A stretch of 64,000 nt of DNA, from NCBI RefSeq assembly GCF_011745625.1, contig NW_027191455.1, positions 930,001 to 994,000 on the forward strand. Direction: 5' to 3'. Under the pieces are notes generated by a model. It ran no database searches. It worked only from the letters and a program-made list of their open reading frames with translations, and had not been told where the DNA came from. A program made the position numbers and the translations under genes. This document shows positions 45,466 through 57,599 of the stretch, one piece after another. The stretch's first letter is position 1. Each line of letters opens with the position of its first letter. Source of the DNA: Cladosporium halotolerans. Taxonomy: Eukaryota.

Positions 45466-47493
45466 ATGGACGCCGCCTCCATCGAGCAGATGAACAAGGT
45501 GCGCGTGTCGCTCGGCATGGCACCGCTGCCCGTGCCGGGCGCCGCCGCCGCCTCTGGACCCGATTTCAAACAAAAAGACGACGCCGGCTCCAGCGACGAG
45601 GACGAAGAAGAGGACACGACCAGCACGCTCGACAAGCGCCAGGCGGCCGCGGGCGACAACTGGGCGCGGCTCGAGGCCGAGCGCGTCGAGAAGCTCGAGC
45701 GCGAGAAGCGCAAGGAGGCCGCGAAGAAGGCGCGCGACGCGGGCCAGCGCTTCGCGAAGATGGAGGGCAAAGGGCTGGGAGAGGCGGACGACGGCGAGGA
45801 GCTCGACACCCGCACCTGGCTGATGCAGCAGAAGAAGCGGCAGAAGAAGATCGAGAAGGCCCGCAAGATGGAGGCCGAGCTGGAGGAGCGCGAGCGCCAG
45901 ATGCAGGCCGAGTACACGGCCAAGGACCTCGCGGGCGTGAAAGTCGCGCACGAGGCGGAGCAGTTTGACGAGATGACGGGGGAGCAGATTCTTACGTTGA
46001 AGGATGCGGAGATTGGGGAGGAGAGCGAGGACGATGAGCTCGAGAACCAGGAGCTGAATGCGAAGGAGAAGCTGGAGGAGAAGCTCAGGTTGAAGAAAAA
46101 GAGGCCTGATTACGATCCCACGGAGCAGGGGGAGGCGAAGGGCGTGCTGTCGAAGTATGATGAGGAGATCGACGGGAAGCAGGCGAAGCGCTTCACTCTT
46201 GACGGCAAGGGTAGTACCGTTGAGGCCAAGAGCAGGGCGGCAAATGCCAGCGGCGATACGAAGGGCAAAGGGGTCAAAATCAATCTGGACATCTTCCAAG
46301 ACGACACGCCTGTATCGGATTACGTGGATCCGGCAACCGTTAAGGTCAAGAAGCCGAAGAAGAAAAAGGAGAAGAAGACCCGCCAGAAGGCTGCCGATGA
46401 AGATGACATATTCCCGGTCCCCGAGCAGACGTCCGCGGGCCAGACAAGTGGCAGTGCTATGGATATAGACGGCGAACAAAACAACTCCACAACGGCCAGC
46501 AAGAAGAGGGCGTTCGACTTTGAAGATGACGACGATCTGCAGGCCAAGCTTGCAGAGCAAAGACGGCAGGCGCTCAAGAAACGCAAAAAGATGGATGGTG
46601 CTGAGCTTGCACGACAAATGCGCGAAGAGATGCCCGTGGACGAAGAAGAACCCGAAGAGGGCGGGATGACCATTGACGAAACCACAGAATTTGTCGCAAA
46701 CCTCAAGAAGCCGGAAGAGCGGGACGAGGAGGATTCAGATCGTGAGCAGAGGATGAGATCACGCTCTGCTGGTCCTAATACTGCAGAGGCAGAAGATGAG
46801 GACGGCGATGCTGCGATGGCTGGACAGTCATACGCTGAAGTTGAAGACGAGGAGGATTTGCGAGCTCGTGCGAGCAGAGAGGTCAGCACGCCAGCCGATG
46901 AAGCTACTACTACTGGTCTCGACGACGAAGAAAACATGACAGGACAAGGAATGGCGGCATCCCTCAACCTGTTGAAGAAGCGTGGCTTGCTCGCAGACGG
47001 CCAGGGAAGCCAACTTGCGGAGAAAGATCGGCAGCGCAACAAATTCCTGGCTGAGAAGCAACAGCTAATTGACGAGTTTGATCAGCGAGCACGAGATCAG
47101 CGAGAGGCCGAGCGCCGCTCTGGTCGCTGGGAAAAGTTGTCCAATAAAGAGCGCGACAACTACGCCCGCCAGCAGAACGAGGCGCGTGAGCAATATCTCA
47201 GCAAACTGCAAGCGGAAATGTTCAACCGCGACTACCGACCGGATGTCAAATTGCAGTACCACGACGAGTTTGGCCGCAGCATGAACCAAAAAGAGGCCTT
47301 CAAGCACCTGTCGCACATGTTCCACGGCAAAGGCAGTGGCAAGCAGAAGACGGAGAAGAGGCTCAAGAAGATCGACGATGAGAAAAAGAACATGGCCAAG
47401 GGCGTGCTCAACGTCGGCGACGAAGGTGGCATGATGAATGTGCAGGGCAGAGAAGGCAAGCGCCAGAAGACGGCTGGTGTACGCCTCCAGTGA
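45466..47493 (+). CDS. SNU66: U4/U6.U5 tri-snRNP protein Snu66/SART-1
   Basis: HIND-like SIEQMNKVRVSLGMAPL, DLAGVKVAH, ILTLKD and HDEFGRSMNQKEAFKHLSHMFHGKGSGKQKTEKRLKK. Confidence 0.95.
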   Translation: MDAASIEQMNKVRVSLGMAPLPVPGAAAASGPDFKQKDDAGSSDEDEEEDTTSTLDKRQAAAGDNWARLEAERVEKLEREKRKEAAKKARDAGQRFAKMEGKGLGEADDGEELDTRTWLMQQKKRQKKIEKARKMEAELEERERQMQAEYTAKDLAGVKVAHEAEQFDEMTGEQILTLKDAEIGEESEDDELENQELNAKEKLEEKLRLKKKRPDYDPTEQGEAKGVLSKYDEEIDGKQAKRFTLDGKGSTVEAKSRAANASGDTKGKGVKINLDIFQDDTPVSDYVDPATVKVKKPKKKKEKKTRQKAADEDDIFPVPEQTSAGQTSGSAMDIDGEQNNSTTASKKRAFDFEDDDDLQAKLAEQRRQALKKRKKMDGAELARQMREEMPVDEEEPEEGGMTIDETTEFVANLKKPEERDEEDSDREQRMRSRSAGPNTAEAEDEDGDAAMAGQSYAEVEDEEDLRARASREVSTPADEATTTGLDDEENMTGQGMAASLNLLKKRGLLADGQGSQLAEKDRQRNKFLAEKQQLIDEFDQRARDQREAERRSGRWEKLSNKERDNYARQQNEAREQYLSKLQAEMFNRDYRPDVKLQYHDEFGRSMNQKEAFKHLSHMFHGKGSGKQKTEKRLKKIDDEKKNMAKGVLNVGDEGGMMNVQGREGKRQKTAGVRLQ

Positions 47494-48258
47494 GCTTGCA
47501 GGTGTGCTGAGTTGGAGTTGTCAAGGTTAGTACTCTTCACTGATAGCCCACGATAATATTATGAGATATTCATCATCGATTTTTAGACACTTTCCTCCGA
47601 AGGCTGCGATTGCAGGTGAGTGTTAGTTCCCAATGATTGATCTGATTTGCGGGAGCGTCGCAGGGTCCTTATTAAAGGTCGGTCGTGCCTCGCCCATTGC
47701 CACCTTATGTGCGTGCACCTCTTCGTCCCTTTGCAGCCTTCCACATCCTAATCGCGTCACTAACCCCGTGGTTACCGTGCTTGCCTAGTACGTGATGACT
47801 CTTGTGCTACTCTTCAATTCGTGCCTGTACGCGTCTTGGACATCGTCCGAAGCATGTAGTATCGTGTCAGGTGTCGCCCACAATGAAGGAGGTACTTCAG
47901 TCCGGTGTAAGCAAGAGATAGCGCAAGTCAATAGTATACAGATCGATATATTTGCACTTCTCATTTGTTTCCTGCTCACGATGACACTACAATCGGCCTC
48001 GAATGTTCTCACCTCCACTGCCAACGACAGACGCGAGGTCATCGACGTGCACAAACTCGGGCAGGGAAGGTGGCCCAAGCACGGAGATGGGAAGTCGCGC
48101 GAAACGCGTTCTCAAATTCCCGTGAACGCCAACGCCAACGCCCACGCCATCGCCACGACCATCTCGCGCCAGACATCTGACAATACTACATTTCAGAACA
48201 CGGAACTTCCTGTCTGCAAGAATACTGAATCGGGACATCATCAACATTAGACGCGATC

Positions 48259-49883
48259 ATGGCGCCATCAAAAGCGAATGCGCCTGAATATTCCAAGGAC
48301 GAGAAAGTGCTCTGCTTCCACCTCGAACTCCTGTACGAGGCCAAGGTGCTGGATGTCAAGCAAAAAGACCCCAACGACAAAGGCGAAGGCTACCTGTACA
48401 AGATCCACTACAAGGGCTGGAAGAACACGTATGTATCCCTTTTTCTCTTTCTTTCTGGATTCTCGCCCCGACCTGACAGCTGCCCCGGGACGCGATGGCG
48501 GCGGCCATTCCCTCACTTCTGAAGCGGCAGCGTAGTCGTGAGGCCGCAAAATGCCCTGTCGGACGCGTAATCTGGTCTGAGCAGCCTCTCGAGCTCTCCG
48601 TAGTACTTCGTCACGGGGATGGGTCGCGCGTCCTACAGTCGCACTTGCGCAGTTTTGGTGGCCATGGGCTAACAGTTCGACAGCTGGGATGACTGGGTCT
48701 CCCAAGAGCGCATCCGGAAGCTCACGGATGAGAACAAGGAGCTCGCGTCCAACTTGAGGAAAGACATGGATGCGCAGCGCCGTGCTGCCTCTGGAAAACC
48801 TTCTCTCACTTCAGCAAGCAAGAAGCGCGGCCTCGGATCTGATGCGCCTGGTTCTTCGGCAAGGGGCAGCGAAGACAGAAGCTCTGTCGCCCCACCACCG
48901 CCACCTAGAGGAACCAAGAGAGCACGCGAGATCGAAGGTATTGATAAGGTATGTGCTGTCATTGTTTTTCTTATTTGCCGCACGCTTAGGGAGTTTGCTC
49001 GATGCTTTCTCCCGACCGCGGCGGCTCTTACCATCATCTGTATTCCTGTTTTTGACGCGTTTTTGATGCCTATCAACCACTATCTGCCGTGTTTCGCCCC
49101 GGTGAATGCGCGGCGTACCGAGTCGTGGGCAGCCATCATATGGGGCGATGATGGCAGCGCGGAGGGGCGAATTCAGCGATTCCCCGCCAATCTGCCAGGA
49201 TTGCCTCCTTGTTATACCGAACAGCACCCCAATGAAAGAAGCGTCTCGAGCTAACAATAATGTGCAACAGGAAGAGGATTTTATGCGCAGGCCTGCCGTC
49301 AAGATTTTCATGCCTGATGCTCTAAAATCTATTCTTGTTGACGATTGGGAGAAGGTGACCAAGGAGAACAAAGTCGCTCCCACACCAGCTCCCATTTCTG
49401 TCACTCAGTTCTTGAATGAGTACGAGGAGGCTGAGATGGTACATCGCCGTCCCGGCTCTGCAGATGCCGACATTCTGGAAGAGGTCATCGCTGGAATCAA
49501 GGAGTACTTCAACAAAGCTCTCGGACGCATCTTGCTCTACAAATTCGAGAGAAATCAGTTCTTCGAATGGCATAGGCAGCTGGAGAAGGGCCACGGCGAT
49601 TATGCAGGGAAGACTCTGTGCGACATCTATGGATGCGAGCACCTTCTCAGACTTTTTGGTACAGTTGACCCATCGCTATCAAACCTTTTCGCTATTTCTG
49701 ACTTGCACAGTCTCCATGCCAGATCTGATCGCGCACACGAACATGGACGCCCAAGCTGTCAGCAGACTCCGTGAGGAGCTGTCCAAGATGACACAGTGGC
49801 TTGCGAAACGCATCGAGCGCTACCTGTCCGTCGACTACGAGCACGTTGGCCAGGACTACCTGGAAAGTGCCAAGCCGACATAG
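48259..49883 (+). CDS. EAF3: Chromatin modification protein Eaf3 (chromo barrel + MRG domain)
   Basis: VLCFHLELLYEAKV..YKIHYKGWKNT|WDDWV; LKSILVDDWEKVTKE; YFNKALGRILLYKFER; IYGCEHLLRLF. Introns 48429-48683, 48949-49270 and 49659-49710. Confidence 0.97.
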
Positions 49884-50139
49884 GGCACAGACTGTTCCAC
49901 ACAGCATCTAATTAAGTAACCGGCGTTTGATGGAAAACTTGGGTGGCATGGATTAGGCGCAGATTCAAGCGGCACCGACAGGACCGCTGTGGCAGGTTTA
50001 CTGAGGTTTGCTTCCTTCCAGCGATTTGATCGGGGTTTGGACACAGTACTATGGATGCTACTGCATCATCAAGCTCAATCTCATTATTCTAGCTTTAAGA
50101 ATGCTCCCGATAGCATTCACCTTATTTCATCTATCCTCA

Positions 50140-52297
50140 TTACAGCGCTTCTTTGCATATGAAGCTCATCAACAACCCATTGGTCTTCAGGAGCTCATAA
50201 TCAGCTCGCAAACCAAAAGGCCGTGTCGGTGTCTGCTCGTCGACCAGCATCTGCAGCATGGTATCCAAATACCCTCCATGCTTTTTGACATCATCAGCAC
50301 ACTGGCGGCACAGCATCAAGCCACAACCACTGCTCGCTCCGTCTCGCTCAGTGCAGCACTCCCAAGCTGCCAGGTTAGGGCAGACACTACACCAAGTCTC
50401 TCCCACAGCTTGATCGCCCTCGAATAGCTTCGCCAATGCCGACTCTAGGTCAGCCCCACGATTGCCGTGATATCGACGGAGTCTGTGATCTGTGCAGTTC
50501 AACATCGTCATCCTTGCCATGGTGCAGGTAGAGCAGATCCGTGTGCTCTGCACGCCATCGCCCCTGTGTCCTCCGCGGATTTCTTCCCAACCTCGCCCGT
50601 CCCGCCACTCGATGACTTCTACCTGTTTTTCCTCCAGGCCGAGCATGGCGAAGTGTGGATTGGTACAGAAGTGGCAGGTACCGGAGGCGTCTTCGTCCAC
50701 GTCTTGGAAGTGGAGCGGATGGCAGAATTTTGTGCGGACGGTCTTTATGGTGCCCTTGACGCCGTCTGATTGGACCTCTGGAGGGTCTGGCGACAGAGTG
50801 ATCGCTCGACTTTGATGATGGGCGTTGGGCGTTCTGGGCGGAGTGGTTGATATGACGATGACATTATCGTCACCAGGTCTGGTAACCTGAAGCGCGTAAT
50901 TGCTGTTTGTTGATGGTTCTTGGTGTACTGTATCCCCGGGTGCGTTGCTTGGTATCGCAGCGTCACTCTTCTCACAACTCTCAACAACGTCTTCAGGCGA
51001 TGGCACAACCTTGAACAACTGGTATGATCTCTGCTGGGGACTTTGCACTCCAAGAGGCTGGCACGCCGCTTCAGCCATGTCGCACGCTGTGCATCTGTCT
51101 CCGGCCCCTCGAACTTCAGAGGTAAACGAGCACATCCGACGCGATTCGACGCACCGCTTGCAGGTGCTCACATTGATGGCTTTTGGGCGGCGAGCGACGG
51201 GCTGATTTGTGTATGCTTTGCCATCTTCACCAATACGCACCCTCGAGCGAACGGTACCTGGCCGAGGGCCAGCAATGCATGGTTGGTGGCCGTCTTCCTG
51301 GCATTGCCTGCAGGGACCGCTATGATTGGCTGAGTCATTTGTGTATTCGAATGAACACACGAGCCCTTTCTGCCTTTTGGCGAGATACTGACAGTGCGTA
51401 CAAGACTGTTTCAGAAGGGGTTCCTTGGTAGCAATGTTAGAGCTGAACACCTTCGAGCTGGAGGAAGAAGACTTACAGTGATCAGATAGCAATCTTCACC
51501 GCCCTCTTTGCATGTGTCGCAAGGCCAGCGATGCTCGTTGTCGAGAAGACTGCACTTCTCACCCACGGACGCACACCCATAGCACCCTCTCGCTGCAGGT
51601 TGGTTCGAAAGATCAGCGGGCGACTCATTGGCAATGATGCGCACACCGGCTTTTTGAGCGCTCGCAGCCTCCCACGCATTACCATCCCTCGTTCTTTTCC
51701 TTGTGCGAAGGCGGTAGCCTTCAGTGAAATCGTCACGTGATAGCGTCTGTTGTTGCAAGTAAGCGGCACAAAGCTCACTAAAGGCGGCTTTACCGGACGC
51801 GGCGCTGAAAGACAGACACACAATTGGCCTTGGCTGGGTCTCCTTGTTCACGTCGGTACTGGTGGCCTCTGTGTGGCAAGAGTCTGCGTCTACGCCTTGG
51901 CGAGACGACAGCTTAATCTTTCTTTTCCGTGGCTTTGATTTCCGTCTTTCTTCGTCGGGATCGAAATCGCCGGTGTCATCTTTATCAAGCCAAGCAGAAG
52001 GCAACTTTCTCTTATGATCTCTCAACGGCCTGAGTTCTCTTCCTGGGAAAACGGCTCCGCGGAGAGCTCCGAGCTCGGTTCTGCATTGCCTGCTGTATCC
52101 AAGAGTGTGCTTTCCGAAGCGATGGCATCGTTGATGGGCGAGTCGATCATTTCGACGGGCAACTGCGCACCCAGTTTGATTGTATCTGCATTGGTGCATG
52201 ATGGGGCTGGATCCATGATGTGGTCAGGATAACTGGTAAGATCGTGGTTGGAAGTTGAGTGGAGGGCAGAGTACAAGGTGTGGTTGTGATTCGACAT
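50140..52297 (-). CDS. Cys-rich nuclear protein with three atypical Zn2Cys6-like clusters and a C-terminal Cys/His domain; apparent frameshift near 52030; start uncertain
   Basis: GCYGC..KC..WPCDTC..DC, SCTHC..VC..GPCRQC..PC and TCKRC..MC..RCTAC..AC; NLS-like KSKPRKRK; intron ~51424-51476 (GTAAGT..CTAAC..AAG). Confidence 0.8.
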
Positions 52298-52897
52298 TCA
52301 CGTGGCTCACATGCTAAAAGTGCGCTCAATATATCTTCTGACTTCGACACTGTCGCTGGTAAGCTAGTGTATGTGGGCTCAGATTCTTCGAGATTCGAAT
52401 AGAGGTTTTTGTCCGTCTGTGTCTGTTGGGGTAAGGTGATGTCGGCGAGGTGAAAGTATCGAAGCCAGGCTGGGAAATCCTGTTAGTGCTTCGCGAGAGT
52501 GCAATGGAGTCTTGTCATGTGCCCGATTGGTATCAGCCACGAAGATCGCAACAGTCGAATCGTTGGCTTGATGCGATTCTACGCTCGTGTCTGGAGTCTT
52601 GTTTGTAAGATCAAACTTCTTTGGCACAACATCCGTCAGGTCGGCTTGTGTAGCTGTGTAAGATTGCGAAGTGTTAAGGCAGTGAGTTTTGCAATTGCTG
52701 CGAGGAATCCCTCAAAGCATGTGAAATTTCGCTTCTGGCGGGACAGGCTCAGACAAGATATCAAAGGCTAACATTGGATTCGCTGGTTTCTTTACAACGA
52801 CGGCTCCATTTTTATTTTAGCTCTGACTTTGACACCCCGTGATTCGTCGTAATTTGTAGTGCTAGATCGCCAAGTAGGGGATAACGCGACTGCAAAC

Positions 52898-54005
52898 TCA
52901 ATCCAGCCGCTGCTTCTTGAAGAATCCGTCCAGCTTTTTCTGCTTCTCGTCATGTGCTGATCTTCCGATACCACCACGCTGTCGCTTCAAACCCGCGAGA
53001 TGCTGCTTGCTATCCACCATCTTGATCACAGTCGAGTATCCGGCCAACATCTTCAAGTCGCCTGCGCTTGGTATTGGTCGCTGATTGATCTCCAAGCGCT
53101 TGCTGCCAACTTCGACAGATGCTGCAACAGCTTCTATTGGAGGCGGAATAGGCGTTTCCAGGGTCTGCGTATCGCTGGTGGACCTTGACTTTCCGGCGTC
53201 GCTGGGTGTCGGCTCTGTTAGAGGCCCAGATGCCAAACCATCGGCGCGAATCAAGAGCTGCAGGTAGCCAGTGTTGCTCCATCCTCCAAGGTGTTCGAGG
53301 ACTAGGTCCCCTCTCGCCGTTGTCACTTCGGGTGCAATAGTGAGGCTTCTCCGAGGTAATCGTAAGAGTAAGCGGCGCCAAAGGTGGGATAGCAGCATCC
53401 CGTGAGAGACAACCGCCACAGAGCCCTCAGCAGAAGGCTTATCAATGGTGAGGAGTGGCAGAAGATGGTCTTCCAGAAATTGATCTGCTCGCTTGGCCAT
53501 AGACTCCTTGCTTTCGACGTCGACGAAGCCTGCGTCATCCTTGTGTTTTTCGCGATGCAGTTCACGTCCTGTCTTCTTCGAGTCGGCGGCGCGAGCTTGG
53601 AAAGGCTTGCCTTCGTAGTACCCAAAGTCCTGCATTTGTCAGCACATGAAAGACGAATGCATCTTGTGGGAGCTATAAACCTGTTCGATCAAGGCCGCGA
53701 CCTTCACGATTTCTGGCACTGCATCTGTGAAGGTATCGGTCTGAGCCTTGCGGATCGCATCTGCGGTTTTCGAGGTACGGGTCAGTGGCGAGGCAAAAAT
53801 GTGAGTGAGTCTGACACCGGTCTTTGCCAGATGATCGCCCAATTTGTCTGCTTGCTCGACGCCATGGTTGGTCAGGACGGAGTCTCGGACGCCTGCGTAA
53901 AGCCCGGCAACATTGTCAACCTGTCAAAAGGTCAGTCCTTAGCTGTTACTTAGTCGGGAGAATGAGTGTTACCGTCTCAGCATGGCGGATGAGGAAGAGC
54001 TTCAT
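52898..54005 (-). CDS. Histidine phosphatase / phosphoglycerate mutase-like family protein
   Basis: MKLFLIRHAET|VDN (RH motif), LTNHGVEQA, IFASPLTRT, EQ|DFGYYEG, VVSHG, WSNTG; two introns. Confidence 0.93.
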
Positions 54006-54356
54006 GTGATATCATTTCCTCGAGGAAAAGGTGGTTGGAGATGATGTCTGCGTCGATGGAGGTGGGGAAGTGTCTGTCCAGGATTGCGGGAAAAGCCGAC
54101 GAACCTTCGAAGTGTCAACGAAGTGGCGAAAACACCGAAACGTCTACTTTTGCGCTATCGAATGCTCTATAAGAGGCTGAAACGTAGCAAAGACAGTCGT
54201 GCAGGAAAATTATTGTTGGCCGATTCTAATAGTACATTTACTCGCGGAACGCTCATTAGCCAAGGGTATATGCATGCCATGTCCCACCGTCTTAACCACC
54301 ATCCTATTCCACCACCCAGAGCTCTGCAGCTAGTATGTCCTTTTTGCGACAGGTCA

Positions 54357-56693
54357 TCACTGGAAGTCTGCCTGCACGCTACCGTACTTAACACCGTCGA
54401 CCCTAAGCTCAAAGACCAGGTTGGCACTCTGGATCTTCATGTGCAGCTCGAAATCTGATCACGCGTCGTTAGAAAAATGACGAATAGACTCTAACTTTGC
54501 ACAGCTTACCAAGATTGTCAAACTCAACTCCTTTCGAAGTGGTGAGTCTTGTGAAGAGGCTCTTGGGAACAGCGTTGAGGTCGGTCGTGAGTTTGCTGAT
54601 GCGTAGGTTAGCTAGAGGCCTTCCGCGATTTGAGAGCGTATCATTGGCTTACCAAACATTAATCAGACCCTTGTTGTAAGCATCGGGTGCCTGGTCATCT
54701 TCGCATGCGACGAGCTCGTCCTCCACCACGCGAGACTGCCCTGGACGGAAGTTACGTGTGTAATGGAAGGATATGGGCTCTTCTGAGGAAATCGGTGTGC
54801 CCTAACGGCATTGTCAGCAACCGTCATTGCCATCTGCAGAACGCTGATACAAACCTTTTCAATGTGCCATTGCATCCGATCGGAGACCATCCATCTCTCC
54901 CAAAGAGGACTCCAGTAGCGATCGGATGCAGGATGCTTCTTCTCGTCGAAGACAGTGGCGTAGCTGGTACCGTACCAGAACCTACTCCTCCGCTTCTCGA
55001 CGACACTGCCTTCAATGCCACGTAATGCAGCACCTCGGACGACCGCGGTCCAGGCGTGCAGTGGCTGCAAGATCTCGATCCCGTTGTCTTCCAGTTTTCC
55101 GTTCGCATGCGTAGGTTGTTGTGTATAAGGTGGTGGGGGTGCATCGTTGAAATGGCGTCTGAGCTTCGTGTAGAGGTAGTTCGATTGACCAAATCCTCCC
55201 ACCAGGATAATTCCAGATACGGTTCCGCGCTTTCTCTTGACCGCGTCTACTTGACCTTGCACGAGATCGATGACTTGCTTGATTACAGGATCGAATATTG
55301 CTTTAACCTGGGCGCAATCCATCACCAAAAACCCGCTGTCGATACCAGCGGCTTCGTCGTCTGGTAGGCCAGGCATGGGGATATTGATGTCGCTGCTCTC
55401 GTCTTCGTTGAACGTTCGCTTCACGAACTCCTCAAAGTATCGCAAGCCCATCATCCAAGTCTTCGGTTTCTTCTTCTTCATCTCGTTGAATCTCTTGGCG
55501 CCGAGCCGCTCTTTGACGTGCTCTTCGAATCTGAAGTCCAGAAAGGCGGAGCCACACAGCCCACCCGTTCCAACGGCACTCTCTTCCACGAGGAGAGGAT
55601 AAAGACTGGTGACTTTGTACGCGATGAGATCGACAGTTCCGCCACCCGCATCACAGACAACGACGTTGTTGCCCTCTTGCAAGCCCTTGGGGGGAGTCAT
55701 CTTCAGGGCGTAGACGGCCGCTGCTTCGGGTTCGCTGATGATCTTGAGTTGGTGCTTCTCACCCATTCCGGCGCGTTCTGCTGCTTGGAGGGTAGAGTTC
55801 TTGGCGGCATCGCTCCTACTCAACGATTAGTCAACCGCCCCCGAGCATTCGATCTCTGCAAAAGCGCTCACCACACGGCAGGGACTGTGAGTACGAAGTC
55901 GACTTTGGTTGCTACGACATCGTCCATTAGCACGGTACCGAACAATGACAAGCTCTCAGCACTTACTGCTCATAAAAGCCTCTCCATATCGTCGATTAAG
56001 TGTTTCCATGGTGTCTGCAATCGCGAATTAGTCGGGAAATGGAATCTTGCGTTCAACCATGTGCTAGGACCCACGCTCATAGATCTTCGCGAGAAAGTCG
56101 GAAACAGCATCTTTGACAGTACGGTCCGATTTGCGAAGTATCGTGGCCTGCAACGCACTCAATCAGCGGGCGACTGTGGTAAGGGGTCCGCTGCAAGACC
56201 CACAGTTTCCAAGGGAGAGACGAAGTGCGGAAGCTTCTGATTACGATCCAGGAAGAGCTTTATGCAGCGCAGACGTGGCTCTTCAGGCTTGTGCTGGAAG
56301 CCCCATTTGATGTCGGGCTTGACCTTGGACAAGGGTGTCTGCTCAGGTGTGGCATCACTGGACGCAGTGGGTTTGTTGATGTATGAGAGCTCAGTTGGGA
56401 CCTTGTCACTTGTGATGCCGTTGCCACCAGGCCAACTCTGTAGACAACATCAATTGGAGGTTCTGCGTTGAAAGAGCGAGGCAAGTTACCTTTATGATGT
56501 CAAGATCATCCGGGTTCGCGCTGTATACAGTTGCTACACCTGAGAATGTCGTGCCAAAATCCACGGCCACCACCAGCTTGTCTTCAACTTCTGGCTCGCC
56601 GAGCATGGAAGGCGGTCGGGTCCCAGTACTTCTGATCATTGTTGGTACTCTGCTGTGCCTGGTGGCATTGCGACTTGGCGAGTTCACAGTCAT
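54357..56693 (-). CDS. Atypical Hsp70-family (HSPA12-like, actin-like ATPase) protein, multi-exon
   Basis: Phosphate-1 VVAVDFGTTFSGVA, WPG...KVPTELSY, VLTVPAVW|SDAAK, ISEPEAAAVY, phosphate-2 VCDAGGGTVDL, adenosine IILVGGFGQSNYL. Ends ..YGSVQADFQ* without EEVD. Confidence 0.93.
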
Positions 56694-57599
56694 GGCAGGG
56701 CGTGGTACTGTGAAGCAGCAGAGCGTGTGGACGTGGTCGTGGTGGCGGTCACAGGCGAAGTCGGACAGGCGTGTTAGCTAGCTACTCAGCATTGGGAAAC
56801 GCTTCAGAGACAGACGGACGGCTTTGCAATGGGCGGTTTCGCGCGTACGTAGTGCCGGTGTGTCAGGCGTCAAGCCAGGTCTCAGATTGCGGTGAGCAAC
56901 GCCCTACCTAGTGCTGCTTCGAGCCCCCGATGCGAGAAAGGTCTTCATGGCCTCCTCGGACACGGGAGCTGGCTATCGGACATTGAGGCACTTGATACAC
57001 TATGCTGTCGCCTAAGCCAAAGATGCATCCCAGCCGGATCTGCAGAGATGCCGCATCGCCCCCACATGGATGGAGCATCCAGGGGTCGTGCGTCTTCCTC
57101 AAAGGGCAGCTTCGAGATCCTCGGCGGGACGTGCGCGTCGCGAGGCTGAACTGAACGTTGTTGGCTTTGCTGTCTTGCCAACGTGGGGACTGCCCTAACG
57201 GATTGCTTTGTTCACAAACATATATTCACGTTGCCCGCGTGACAAACACATGGCTTACGATGGCTTGTGGTCAGAATGCCATGTTCAGGTCAATCGGAAT
57301 CTCTTAATATAGCAAACGCGGAACAATAGTCCGTTTGGCTTTTGTGGATCCCGGGTGCGGCTGGCGTCGCATCACCAGAGGCCGAGAGTGGCTGCCATGA
57401 CTGCGTTCGAAACAACATGGAGCGCTTGAACAATGCAACAGAGATCGTGCGGATGTTGGAGAAACACTTTAGGATTCATCGATAAGCAAATCAGTCAAAG
57501 TTATCGTTGACGGGACACTCAAAAGGTAATCAGCATGGACGTCGCGTCGTGGTGGGACAGAGACACCCTCCCGATCCTGATCCCGCAACCATAGTCCGA

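Noticed and set aside
45214..47042. 467-aa and 240-aa minus-strand ORFs, and the 77-aa N-terminal extension of SNU66 from 45235
   Set aside because: The minus ORFs are shadows of SNU66; conserved SART-1 sequence begins at the ATG at 45466, which has a good context.
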